A DNA stretch of 64,000 nt from NCBI GenBank assembly GCA_900546315.1, contig URCP01000002.1, positions 19,314 to 83,313 of the forward strand. Reading direction: 5' to 3'. Both the position numbers and the translations under genes were made by a program. Within the stretch, counting starts at the first letter, position 1. Every line of letters starts with the position of its first letter. The notes under the pieces are model-generated. The model was not told where the DNA came from, ran no database searches, and worked only from the letters and a program-made list of their open reading frames with translations. Shown in pieces: positions 45,908-55,278 of the stretch. The DNA comes from an uncultured Eubacteriales bacterium (GTDB lineage Bacteria; Bacillota; Clostridia; Oscillospirales; CAG-272).

Positions 45908-47376
45908 ATGAAAAAGAAAGACTCATATCACTTCTCCTCGCGATGCTGATTGCGGGGAATCTCATGGCCTCCTGCGGGAACGACAGCGGAACGACAAACG
46001 ACACGACAGACACGCAGACCGACACCGAATCCGGGAGCGCAGAGGAATCGACCGGTCCGTCCTTCCCGGAAATGGACATGGACGGGAAGGAATTCACCAT
46101 TTTCGCCGAGGGCTGGGCGAGCTTCGATCCTCTCTCGATCAACGATATAATGGCGGAGGAGCTGACCGGTGATTCTCTGAACGACGCCATATACAACCGG
46201 AATGTAAAGGTTGAGAAGCAGTATAACTGCAAAGTCTCATTTCTCGAAGTTGGTGACACAATCGCCGCTCATAATCAGCTAAAGCAGTCGGTCATGGCGG
46301 CTGACCAGTCGTATGACATCGCGATCATCCGTACCTACAACTATTTGTCTGCGATAACAAACGGACTTGTCATGGATATCTCCGACATACCGAATACCGA
46401 CCACACACAGCCGTGGTGGGATCAGAATTCTCTCGACTCGCTGTCCGTCGGCGGCAAGGCTTACGCTATATGCAGTGACATCACGATGAACGACGAGAAG
46501 AGCATCTGGTGCGTGTTCTTCAACAAAAAGATGATAGACGACTACAACCTCGACGACCCGAACAAGCTCGTCGCGGACGGTACGTGGACCTATGACAAGC
46601 TCTTCACAATGGCTGAGACCGTGTCGGCTGACCTCGACGGGAACGACAAGCGCGACGAGAAAGACAGATACGGCATCGGATATATAGGCGACAGCTCAAC
46701 CCCGATCTGCATGAGCGTCGGCATAAAGATCGCCGAGAAGAACAACGAGGACCTGCCGGAGTTCTCGTTCGACAAGGGCGAAAACATTTCGAGATATCTT
46801 GAAATATTCACGAAGCTCTACAACGACGATATCGCCTACGACTGGCACACGCGTCAGGGCTTTGCGGGCGAGACGGATATCTTCACGAACAGTCAGGCGC
46901 TGTTCTGTCTCGGCGGCGTGTATTACGCTTCTCTCCTGCGCGATATGAAGGACGATTTCGGAATCATCCCCTACCCGAAGTATGACGAGACGCAGACTGA
47001 GTATATCTCGTCGGCAAGCTCGAACTTCCTGAGCGTCTGCGCGGTTCCGGTGACGAACGACGACCTCGAGAACACCGGCGCGTTCATGGAATACTACGCG
47101 TATCTCGGCTATACGGACATCCGCCCGCAGTTCTATGATGTCCTGCTTCAGGGCAAGGTCGCGAGGGACGACGAGTCGGTGAAGATGCTTGACACACTGT
47201 TCGGCACGGTGACATATGACCTCGGCGGAATATTCGATTTCGGCAGATTCGGAAGCGAAATCCTCGAGATGTGCAAAAAGGAAGACCTCAATATTGCCTC
47301 GAAAGTTGAGAAGAAGAGAAAGTCAATCAATAATGATATCGACAAGCTTATAAAGGCAGTAACCGAAACCGAATGA
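45908..47376 (+). CDS. extracellular solute-binding lipoprotein with its signal peptide disrupted by a -1 frameshift in a homopolymer run
   Basis: The ORF-track start at 45943 (MLIAGNLMASCGN) lacks a charged n-region. The ATG at 45908 is out of frame. Adding one A to the A5 run at 45911-45915 gives MKKERLISLLLAMLIAGNLMASCGN (canonical lipobox signal). Family motifs IYNRNVKVEKQYNCKVSFL and DFGIIPYPKYDETQTEY. Confidence 0.75.
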
Positions 47377-47381
47377 TAATT

Positions 47382-47411
47382 AAAAGACCGTCACGGCGTG
47401 GCGGTCTTTTT
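47382..47411 (+). terminator. rho-independent terminator after the SBP gene
   Basis: Stem AAAAGACCG / CGGTCTTTT with an 11-nt loop, ending in a T-run, 6 nt after the stop. Confidence 0.6.
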
Positions 47412-47429
47412 GACGTCAAAACGCTGTAT

Positions 47430-48272
47430 TCAATTACCGTCCCCAAACTCCACACGTACAATCCGCATCTTCATAACCCCGTCCCCAACCTTCGCCAGAA
47501 ACCGGAAAAATCCGCTGACCGACGGGTCTCTCAGATCGTTGTACCCGAGCATATACCCGCGCGAGGACACTCGTATGCCGTGGCTCCACTGTGATATCTC
47601 GCGTACAGCGTCGGAGACCGCGAAATACGCTCCGACATCCTGTATCTCGGCATCCTTTATCCACGTCTTAAGCATCAGCTTAACCGCTGACTTGTTCGCG
47701 GCGTCAAAGACGAGACGTCCTCCCGGAAAAGCCTCCGACATTGCCCGAACGAGCTTTTTCACCTGTTCGTTCAGGAAATAGTAGAACACCCCGGCGGCAA
47801 GGAAGATTGTTCCGCCGCTGCTGTCGATCTTGTCAAACCACGACGTGTCGTTAAGGTCGCAGGCAATATTTTCCTCCCTCTCGCCCGCCGGAAGCAGCTC
47901 TTTCCGCACGCTTATCACGTCCGGAAAGTCAAGATTGTACATATGACATTGTCCGTTGTCACAGCGCCGCCCGGTGTCGTCGAGCCCGCAGCCGAGGTTA
48001 ACCACCGCAGCCTCCGGATGTTCCCTCAGATACTCTCTGACCTCATACGCGAGGTCATTCTGCCGCATCGCGACCTCGAGAAAGCCGAAGCGCTGCATCG
48101 CGCTACCAGCTTTTTCCGCGAGGCCGGAAAAATCGTAGTCAATCTCGTCGATCAGACGGATTGCCGTCTCGTCACGGAACAGAGACGGAAACAGCCCGGA
48201 GCACATCTTTCGACCGTAGAGCGGTATGACGAGTGTTTCCTGAACCGTGTTCTTTTCTATATGATATTTCAT
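47430..48272 (-). CDS. class I SAM-dependent methyltransferase (TcmP / leucine carboxyl methyltransferase-like)
   Basis: ETLVIPLYGRK...AAVVNLGCGLDDTGRR...YNLDFPDVISVRKELLP fits the LCM/TcmP O-methyltransferase pattern. Confidence 0.65.
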   Translation of the reverse strand: MKYHIEKNTVQETLVIPLYGRKMCSGLFPSLFRDETAIRLIDEIDYDFSGLAEKAGSAMQRFGFLEVAMRQNDLAYEVREYLREHPEAAVVNLGCGLDDTGRRCDNGQCHMYNLDFPDVISVRKELLPAGEREENIACDLNDTSWFDKIDSSGGTIFLAAGVFYYFLNEQVKKLVRAMSEAFPGGRLVFDAANKSAVKLMLKTWIKDAEIQDVGAYFAVSDAVREISQWSHGIRVSSRGYMLGYNDLRDPSVSGFFRFLAKVGDGVMKMRIVRVEFGDGN

Positions 48273-48292
48273 AGTTGGTTTTCAAAGTCCTT

Positions 48293-49075
48293 TCATTTTG
48301 TGTCAGACAGCAGGAACGGCAGCTCCGGCATGGCGCCTGTTTCGATGACGACCGCGAGCATTTCCGCGAATCCCTTCGGGGCGCGTATCTGATACTGCAT
48401 ATGGTTATATCCGTCAAAGACCGGGAAGTTCCCGTCCGGGTACGCTTTCATGACATCCGGACGGTACTTGAAATGCTCCTCCGCGTTTCCGAACTCAAAG
48501 AACGTCCGGCGCTGGAGCTCGGCGGACAGCGGCGGGAATGGCTTGTCCTCAAGGCTGTCGGCAAGCTGACGGCGCAGATTCCCGTATCTCAGCGCCTTCC
48601 CCGCTGCGATGAAATACGGTTTGATCGACTCGTCATCACACCACATTATTTTTTTCAGAGTCCCGCCTTTTGACAGGTAAAGGCTCTTTATCGCGAGGTA
48701 CAGAAAAGGCGCCATAATTCTTCTAGTCACCAGACCAATCCGCGCGAACTGTCCTCCGTCGAAGAAGACGTGATCCACCGGTATTCCGGATCCTGTCAGA
48801 AACGCCATCGCGAGATCCGCGCCGATTGAGGACGCGACAACTAGCGCGAGCCGCTTCACGTCTTTTTCACGCAGAAAATTCTCAATCTGCCTGACCTCAT
48901 CCTCCTTGCCGAGATATTTCTGCCCTTCACAGTAAACGGTGGAGGTCGGAAGGATGCAGAAGTACCTTTCAGCGAGACATTTAGCGACAGGCGCACTGCT
49001 CGCCCCGGTCACACCCATCGCGTGGAAGAACAGTATCGCCGGAGACGATACATTGCCATATGTTTCAAACAGCAT
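48293..49075 (-). CDS. alpha/beta hydrolase fold protein
   Basis: PAILFFHAMGVTG (oxyanion region) and RLALVVASSIGADLA (nucleophile-elbow-like). 260 aa. Confidence 0.6.
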   Translation of the reverse strand: MLFETYGNVSSPAILFFHAMGVTGASSAPVAKCLAERYFCILPTSTVYCEGQKYLGKEDEVRQIENFLREKDVKRLALVVASSIGADLAMAFLTGSGIPVDHVFFDGGQFARIGLVTRRIMAPFLYLAIKSLYLSKGGTLKKIMWCDDESIKPYFIAAGKALRYGNLRRQLADSLEDKPFPPLSAELQRRTFFEFGNAEEHFKYRPDVMKAYPDGNFPVFDGYNHMQYQIRAPKGFAEMLAVVIETGAMPELPFLLSDTK

Positions 49076-49102
49076 ATCCGTTATTACTCCTTTTCCTTAT
49101 CT

Positions 49103-49594
49103 TCAGAACCCGAAAAGGGTCATTATCCCGGCGAGAATCGCCGCCGCTATCGGAGAGCATACGATTCCGCCAACCCACTTGAAGACTTTGTCGCGGGAGC
49201 TTATGTACGGCATCATATCCTCAGTTCCGGGAATGATCCACGCCTTTGTGTGCCCGACCCAGAAATCGTCTATGAATAATCGGTCGATCAGGTTGACGAT
49301 CAGCAGAATCACGGTCATCTGCCAGAACATTTCAAAAAAACCGCGCGCACCGTTCACGACAAGAACGCAGGGAATCAGGACAGCCAGATACACTACCGCG
49401 CAAAGCTTCATAAGAAGTGCGCGCCGGCGTATGTTCTTTTCGGTCGTCAGCCCAAGCTCGACGCAGCGCTCCTGAACATCCTTGTGATACAGATGAACCA
49501 TCCCGACGGCGCCGCCTCGTATACCGAACGTGCAGGCAAGAACCAGCAATATGCCGAGCAGTATACCCTCAAGCAATAAATGTATAAGAAGCAT
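49103..49594 (-). CDS. small integral membrane protein, unknown function
   Basis: 163 aa with about 4 hydrophobic segments. Tightly spaced between two hydrolase genes (gaps of 27 and 11 nt). Confidence 0.5.
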   Translation of the reverse strand: MLLIHLLLEGILLGILLVLACTFGIRGGAVGMVHLYHKDVQERCVELGLTTEKNIRRRALLMKLCAVVYLAVLIPCVLVVNGARGFFEMFWQMTVILLIVNLIDRLFIDDFWVGHTKAWIIPGTEDMMPYISSRDKVFKWVGGIVCSPIAAAILAGIMTLFGF

Positions 49595-49605
49595 AATCTT
49601 CTCCC

Positions 49606-50514
49606 TTATTCTCTTCCAAGTATTTCGACGATCCTCGAAAAATCTTCCTTCGCCTCACGGAAATACGGCAGCATACAGTAGCAGTGAACCATCCCCGGTC
49701 TCGCAGTGACCGTGTACGGCACACCTGAACGCTCACAGGCGGCGGCAAAGTCCGGGAACGCACCATAGAGCACCTCGTCCGAGCTGTAGACAAAATGTAT
49801 ATCCCAGACGCCGGAAAAATCCCCGCGCGAGCCGGATATCATGTAATCCGGAACATTTTCACTGCCGTGACGCATGAATTTTTCGACACTCACCATGAAA
49901 GCGTAGTCAATTGCGGGATCGGTTTCGTTGAGCGCTTTCATACGGGCCTTTTCCTCGTCGTTCCACGGCACCTCGCCGGGAGACACCGCGACGATATGCC
50001 TCGGCTGCGGGAGCGGAGATCCGAGCGCGCTGTTGTGCGCCGCGATGCCGAGTGCGAGCGCGCCGCCTGACGAAAAGCCGCAGGTACTGACGTTTCCGCC
50101 GCCATATATTCCGACCATCTGCCGGTAGCACTCAAAGACCATGTCGTATGTCTCGGTGATGCAGTGATCGGTGCAGAGCGGATAGCACGGGAACCAGACA
50201 TCCGAGCCGGTCTCAAGGCACAGTTTCCGTATGACCCCGATATCACCTTTGTCCGGACCGATCATCATCCCGCCGCCGAAAAAGAACAGTATCGCGCGTT
50301 TTGCCGGTTCGGGCTTTTCTCGGGCTATCAGGCACGGGAAACCGTTTATCACCCGTTTTTCATAGTGTGCCTTGTGATCTGTCGGCATGAAGAACCCGCG
50401 GTTCCTGTTCTGCTTTTCGATCACCCGCAGAAGCTCGTCCTCCGGAAGCGCGAACAATTTTTTCGTGCCGAGAGCCTTGTATGCGCCGCGAAGCAGCGCT
50501 GCCGCAATACTCAT
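49606..50514 (-). CDS. alpha/beta hydrolase (esterase/lipase, HGG-type fold-3)
   Basis: The start at 50514 (MSIAAALLRG...) avoids overlap with the upstream gene. ILFFFGGGMMIG oxyanion motif and GFSSGGALAL (GxSxG) nucleophile elbow. Confidence 0.7.
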   Translation of the reverse strand: MSIAAALLRGAYKALGTKKLFALPEDELLRVIEKQNRNRGFFMPTDHKAHYEKRVINGFPCLIAREKPEPAKRAILFFFGGGMMIGPDKGDIGVIRKLCLETGSDVWFPCYPLCTDHCITETYDMVFECYRQMVGIYGGGNVSTCGFSSGGALALGIAAHNSALGSPLPQPRHIVAVSPGEVPWNDEEKARMKALNETDPAIDYAFMVSVEKFMRHGSENVPDYMISGSRGDFSGVWDIHFVYSSDEVLYGAFPDFAAACERSGVPYTVTARPGMVHCYCMLPYFREAKEDFSRIVEILGRE

Positions 50515-50539
50515 ATATATGCCTTCTTTCTTAAAGATT

Positions 50540-51145
50540 TTATTTTCGCGCCGTGACGCAGAGCCAGCCGCGCCCGTTCTCATGTATCTGTATGTCGCGG
50601 AAACCGGTTTCCTCAAGCGTGTTTTTCAGTTCGTTCCCGTCATATATTGTCATGCCCGTGATCTTATCTGTCCACTTCTTACCCTTGACGCGGTCCCCGC
50701 ACTCGTTGCAGATGAGAAACGTTCCGCCATTCCTGAGTACCCGCCTTATTTCCCCGAAGCTCTTCCAGAGGTCAGGCCAGAAGTACACGGTCTCAAACGC
50801 CGTGACAATGTCATATGCCGCGTCAGTGAATGGCAGCTCAATGACGCTCGCGCGGACTATCTCACAGCGCCCGCCCGCGATCTCCGCGCGGTTCACCGCC
50901 CGGGCCTTCGCGACACTGACCTCAGAGTAGTCCACCCCGTTCACCCGCCCGCTTTTGTTCATGCCAAGCAGCTTCTTTATGTTCGCGCCCCCGCCGCAGC
51001 CGCAGTCAAGTATCGACGCGCCGTCGTTTATATCGAGAAATCCCAGTCCCCACCCGGCGAGGAATCTGTGCCCGATATTCATCGCGGCGACCATGATCTT
51101 TCCGCCGGAGCCGGTCGGGTTGCGTGTGTTGTCGATAAAAGACAT
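50540..51145 (-). CDS. class I SAM-dependent methyltransferase
   Basis: ILDCGCGGGANI (motif I), ...DIVTAFETVYFW..., NGGTFLI. 201 aa. Confidence 0.75.
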   Translation of the reverse strand: MSFIDNTRNPTGSGGKIMVAAMNIGHRFLAGWGLGFLDINDGASILDCGCGGGANIKKLLGMNKSGRVNGVDYSEVSVAKARAVNRAEIAGGRCEIVRASVIELPFTDAAYDIVTAFETVYFWPDLWKSFGEIRRVLRNGGTFLICNECGDRVKGKKWTDKITGMTIYDGNELKNTLEETGFRDIQIHENGRGWLCVTARK

Positions 51146-51173
51146 CGTATCTCCTCCATATATGAAAGTCGAG

Positions 51174-51189
51174 GTTAGCTTAAGCTAAC
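51174..51189. promoter_or_regulatory. 16-bp perfect palindrome, candidate operator upstream of the methyltransferase/hydrolase operon
   Basis: GTTAGCTTAAGCTAAC is self-complementary. It lies 29 nt upstream of the ATG at 51145 (minus strand). Confidence 0.4.
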
Positions 51190-51293
51190 TGATGGTGTCA
51201 CAACCGCTTCACGCGGCTGCATCTTATCCATTCTTATTATATCATCTAATTATGAATAATTCAATATTTCGGGTATTTATCCGCATTTCCGGG

Positions 51294-52316
51294 TCACGAG
51301 AAGACCGACTCAACGATTACTCGCTTATTGTCCGGATATACCCGGTTTTTCAGATACCCGAAAGCGAGATCGACCGCCGTGAATCCCTGATTGTATATAT
51401 CCTGCGTGCAGCGGTACGCGATGGTGCCGTCCGGAGTCCACTGTCCCTGCTCCGGTCGTATATCGTGGCAGAAGCATCTGACCTTGTCTCCGAGCCCGGA
51501 TTTCTTCAGCGCGAGCGAAAGAGCCGGAAGACCCATCGGAACATACAGAAGCGATTCCCGATCGCCCGGAACAACATCGGTCATGAGTGACGCCAGATAT
51601 GACGGCAATGTCTTCGGCGAATACATTCTCTCAGGGTCAAGCGGAAGCGTTACCGGGCTGTAACCGCTCATAGCGTCGCGGAATCCGTTTATTCTCTCCG
51701 ATATGTTGAAGTTCGACCCAAGCGACAGCATGAAAATATCGGGGCGATACGCGAGGTTTCTTATATATTTCATCGCGTGCTCCGCCATCCTCCGTCCGTC
51801 GCCGTATGAGTCCGCGCCGACGTAAAACGCGTTTTGTATATCGGCGTACTCCGAGAGCAGGATGACGAACCGCGACGTGTCCGCGCAAAGCGCCGAGACG
51901 CGCTTCTTCACGGCGTCCGTCGCGGCGGCGGCGATGATCACGCAGCGCGCGTCCATATATTCGGCCTCGTCGAGGTAGGACAGAACAGTCTCCTCATCGT
52001 GCAGACGCGAGTAGGCGTTGCATTTCACGACAGATTCCGCTCCGGGACCGTGTCTCGTGATCGCGTCGCCGATCCCGCGCCACATCTCCTGCCAGAAAAA
52101 CGACGGCATATCCGGGATTATGCAGTATACCGAGCAGGTCCCGGTCGGGCGGAGCTCGTTTATGCCCTTTGCCGCGCGAAGAACCCGCTGCCTTGTCTCG
52201 GTGTTGACCCCGAAACAGTGGCGGAGAACCTTCGAAACGGTAGAGCGGCTGACATCAAGCTCAGAAGCAAGCCGCGCGAGAGCCGTCTCATCATATCGGT
52301 TGTCTGACGTTTGCAT
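51294..52316 (-). CDS. LacI family transcriptional regulator
   Basis: Start at 52316 with an AGGAGG SD. The HTH is LARLASELDVSRSTVSKVLRH, followed by a periplasmic-binding-protein-like sugar sensor domain. Confidence 0.8.
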   Translation of the reverse strand: MQTSDNRYDETALARLASELDVSRSTVSKVLRHCFGVNTETRQRVLRAAKGINELRPTGTCSVYCIIPDMPSFFWQEMWRGIGDAITRHGPGAESVVKCNAYSRLHDEETVLSYLDEAEYMDARCVIIAAAATDAVKKRVSALCADTSRFVILLSEYADIQNAFYVGADSYGDGRRMAEHAMKYIRNLAYRPDIFMLSLGSNFNISERINGFRDAMSGYSPVTLPLDPERMYSPKTLPSYLASLMTDVVPGDRESLLYVPMGLPALSLALKKSGLGDKVRCFCHDIRPEQGQWTPDGTIAYRCTQDIYNQGFTAVDLAFGYLKNRVYPDNKRVIVESVFS

Positions 52317-52390
52317 ACGCTGAAGTCCTCCTTCTTGCGTTATCGGGATTATGACCAAAAATCATATGGCGTTTTTGGCTATTCAGCACA

Positions 52391-52419
52391 TTAACAAAAA
52401 CGAAACACTCTGGTATAAT
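52391..52419 (+). promoter_or_regulatory. putative sigma-A promoter of the Gfo-SBP-DMT unit
   Basis: TTAACA-N17-TATAAT with an extended -10 (TGGTATAAT), 75 nt upstream of the ATG at 52494. Confidence 0.55.
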
Positions 52420-52425
52420 ATATCC

Positions 52426-52437
52426 ATAATCGATTAT
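52426..52437. promoter_or_regulatory. candidate LacI-family operator
   Basis: ATAATCGATTAT is a perfect 12-bp palindrome with a central CG. It starts 7 nt after the -10 hexamer, at the expected transcription start, and lies between the divergent lacI-family gene and its likely target operon. Confidence 0.5.
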
Positions 52438-52493
52438 AGCACACTTCGACTGAAAAGTCAATCCTCAAAAAAACAAAAAGGAGAAAACACATC

Positions 52494-53747
52494 ATGTCTG
52501 AAAAACTCAGAATAGGCGTCTTCGGCGGTTATCGCGGAAGTTCGATGATACAGGTGCTGCTGCATCACCCGGATGCGGAGCTCGTCGCGGTCTGCGACAA
52601 ATATCAGCCGCTGCTCGACAAGGCAAAGGCGGAAGCGGAGGCGGCGGGGCTTAATATCCGCGTCTTCAACAATTTCGACGATTTTCTCGCGTATGACATG
52701 GACGCGGTCGTCCTCGCGAACTACGCGACAGAGCACGCGACCTTCGCCATCCGCTGCCTCCGCGCCGGAAAGCACGTCATGAGCGAGGTGCTCCCGAGCG
52801 AGACTATGGCGCAAGCCGTCGAACTGATCGAAACGGTCGAGGAGACCGGGCTCGTCTATACCTACGCGGAAAACTACTGCTATATGGACCTGACCTTCGA
52901 GATGTGGAGAAAATACCGCGAGGGCGAAATCGGAGACGTCACTTACGCGGAGTGCGAGTATGTGCATGACTGCGCGTCCTGCTGGCTCGACATCACGTAT
53001 GGCGACCCGAACCACTGGAGAAATCACCTTTGCCCGACCTTCTACTGCACGCACTCGCTCGGTCCGATCATGACTATAACCGGTCGCCGTCCGGTGCAGG
53101 TCGTCGGCTTCGAGAACCCGCCGATCGAGGAATTCTATCACCTCGGTCACGCGGGAGGGCACGCGTCCGGCATCGAGATGGTGACGCTCGACAACGGCGC
53201 GATTGTCAAGAGCATTCACGGTCCGCTGAAGCTCGAACCGGCTCACACCGATTACAAGGTCTACGCGACGAAGGGATATCTTGGCACATCAGGGAACAAT
53301 GTCCGCCTGTACAAGGAGGGTCCTCAGACCTGTCAGGGCGAGAACACGTATTACGAGCCGGAGAAGTTCGTCTCCCCCGACCTCGCGAAGAACAGCGGCA
53401 TGGCGTCGCACGGCGGAAGCGACTTCTACCCGACGCACTTCTTCATCGAGAAGATACTCGGCAGACCGGACGGAAAATGGGCGATCGACGTATATCAGGC
53501 GGTCGACATGGGAATCTGCGGAATACTCGCGTTCAGGTCGATCCTCACCGGGAACAAACCGATGAAGGTTCCGGATCTGAGAGACCCCGCGCAGCGCGAC
53601 GAGTGGAGACACGACAACGCCTGCACAAACGCCGCCGTCGCCGGAGATCAGGTCCTGCCCTGCTCATCCTACCCGGAGAGACCGGTTCCGGCGGAGGAAG
53701 CGGCAGCGAACCGCGCGAAGTGGCTTGAGACACATTCCGAAGACTGA
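52494..53747 (+). CDS. Gfo/Idh/MocA family oxidoreductase
   Basis: MSEKLRIGVFGGYRGSSMIQVLLHHPDAELVAVCDK (Rossmann fold). HWRNHLCPTFYCTHSLGP is shared with 7758-9017. AAAGGAGA SD. Confidence 0.8.
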   Translation: MSEKLRIGVFGGYRGSSMIQVLLHHPDAELVAVCDKYQPLLDKAKAEAEAAGLNIRVFNNFDDFLAYDMDAVVLANYATEHATFAIRCLRAGKHVMSEVLPSETMAQAVELIETVEETGLVYTYAENYCYMDLTFEMWRKYREGEIGDVTYAECEYVHDCASCWLDITYGDPNHWRNHLCPTFYCTHSLGPIMTITGRRPVQVVGFENPPIEEFYHLGHAGGHASGIEMVTLDNGAIVKSIHGPLKLEPAHTDYKVYATKGYLGTSGNNVRLYKEGPQTCQGENTYYEPEKFVSPDLAKNSGMASHGGSDFYPTHFFIEKILGRPDGKWAIDVYQAVDMGICGILAFRSILTGNKPMKVPDLRDPAQRDEWRHDNACTNAAVAGDQVLPCSSYPERPVPAEEAAANRAKWLETHSED

Positions 53748-53772
53748 TATACCCGAAAGGAGAACCATTAAT

Positions 53773-55227
53773 ATGAAACCGCGGAAGAACAGACTGTATG
53801 CCGCCATTCTTATCTCCCTGCTCACACTGAGCTCCTGCGGCGGCACAATCAGCGACACAGAGACAGCCGAAACAAACAATGACACGACAGATGAAGTCAC
53901 GACTGAAGCGGCAGAAAAACCGGAAATACCGGAAAACACGAACTACGAAGGGTACACCTTCCGTATACTGACCCGACCAGGAATGCGCCTCGACGAGGTA
54001 TACGCGGAGGAAGCCAACGGAGATATACTATCGGATTCAATCCATAAGCGCAACAGAGAGGTCGAGGATAAGCTCGGGATGAAGTTCGATTTCATCGTCA
54101 GCAGCAGCGACTACGAGACAGACGGATTGAGTCCGATCCTCGCCGGTGAGGATGAATATGACGCGATATCGACCTGCGGACGGTTAAGCTTTGTTTACGC
54201 GCAGAACAAGGCTGTTATGAATATATTCGACGTCCCATATATCGACCTCGACAAGAGCTGGTGGAATGAGGACATCGCCGACAGTCTCTCGATAAACGAA
54301 AAGCTGTACGGCGTTTCAGGCGATATCTCATACGCGACGCTTGATTCCTCGTTCGGTGTGGTATTCAATAAGAAGCTTTTCGATGACTACGGGCTTGAGT
54401 ACCCGTATGAGATGGTGCTCGACGGCACGTGGGTGTATGATAAGTTTGAGACATACGCGCGAAGCATCGGACAGGATCTGAACGTGGACGGGAAGATGGA
54501 TATCGCCGACGATCTCTTCGGCTACGGCGCGCATATGTGGATGGGCGGCGTCGAGGCGCTCTACAGTACCGGCAGCCGTGTCGTCACGACCGACTCCGAA
54601 GGGTATCCGAGGCTTTCGTTCTACAACGAAAAAGTCGTCGATATATACGACAGGTATACGGCGCTCGTAAGAAGCTCAGAGTGCTGCCACTTACAGCCAA
54701 TGGGCGACGACTATCTGCGCGCGTTCTGTTCCGGGCGGGTTGGCATGGCGGACACAAACATACGCAGTATGATTGAGGGGCATTTCCGCGACGCGGATGT
54801 CGATTACGGATTCGTTCCGTTCCCGAAGTATGACGAAAACGTCGAAAAGTACTACTCGTTCGTCGACGCAGGTCAGAGTCTCTGGGTTGTGCCGGTGACC
54901 GTCTCTGACTCCTCCCGCACAGGCGTCGTGCTTGAGACGATGGCATATCTCGGTCAGAAGTATATAATCCCGGCTTATTACGACGTCACACTCCAGAAAA
55001 AGTATATGAGAGACGAGATGTCAATAGAAATGCTTGAGATTGTAAAGGATGGAGCAACATTCGACTTAGGATACTACAACAGCGAGCAGTTCGGCGGCAG
55101 CCTGGCGAACCCGGGAGCCGATTTGATGGCGAACAAGACGATGACCATAACATCGCTCTACAACAAATACGAGCAGTCGGTGAATACGCTCATCGACAAG
55201 TCGATGATATTCTACCTTGAGGACTGA
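53773..55227 (+). CDS. extracellular solute-binding lipoprotein (ABC family-1 SBP type)
   Basis: Start at 53773 gives MKPRKNRLYAAILISLLTLSSCGG (lipobox) with an AAAGGAGA SD. Family motifs IHKRNREVEDKLGMKFDFI and DYGFVPFPKYDENVEKY. Confidence 0.8.
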   Translation: MKPRKNRLYAAILISLLTLSSCGGTISDTETAETNNDTTDEVTTEAAEKPEIPENTNYEGYTFRILTRPGMRLDEVYAEEANGDILSDSIHKRNREVEDKLGMKFDFIVSSSDYETDGLSPILAGEDEYDAISTCGRLSFVYAQNKAVMNIFDVPYIDLDKSWWNEDIADSLSINEKLYGVSGDISYATLDSSFGVVFNKKLFDDYGLEYPYEMVLDGTWVYDKFETYARSIGQDLNVDGKMDIADDLFGYGAHMWMGGVEALYSTGSRVVTTDSEGYPRLSFYNEKVVDIYDRYTALVRSSECCHLQPMGDDYLRAFCSGRVGMADTNIRSMIEGHFRDADVDYGFVPFPKYDENVEKYYSFVDAGQSLWVVPVTVSDSSRTGVVLETMAYLGQKYIIPAYYDVTLQKKYMRDEMSIEMLEIVKDGATFDLGYYNSEQFGGSLANPGADLMANKTMTITSLYNKYEQSVNTLIDKSMIFYLED

Positions 55228-55278
55228 CAATGTTCCGAGAGGCATCCGGAGGAAAATACTATTTACTACGCACTTATA

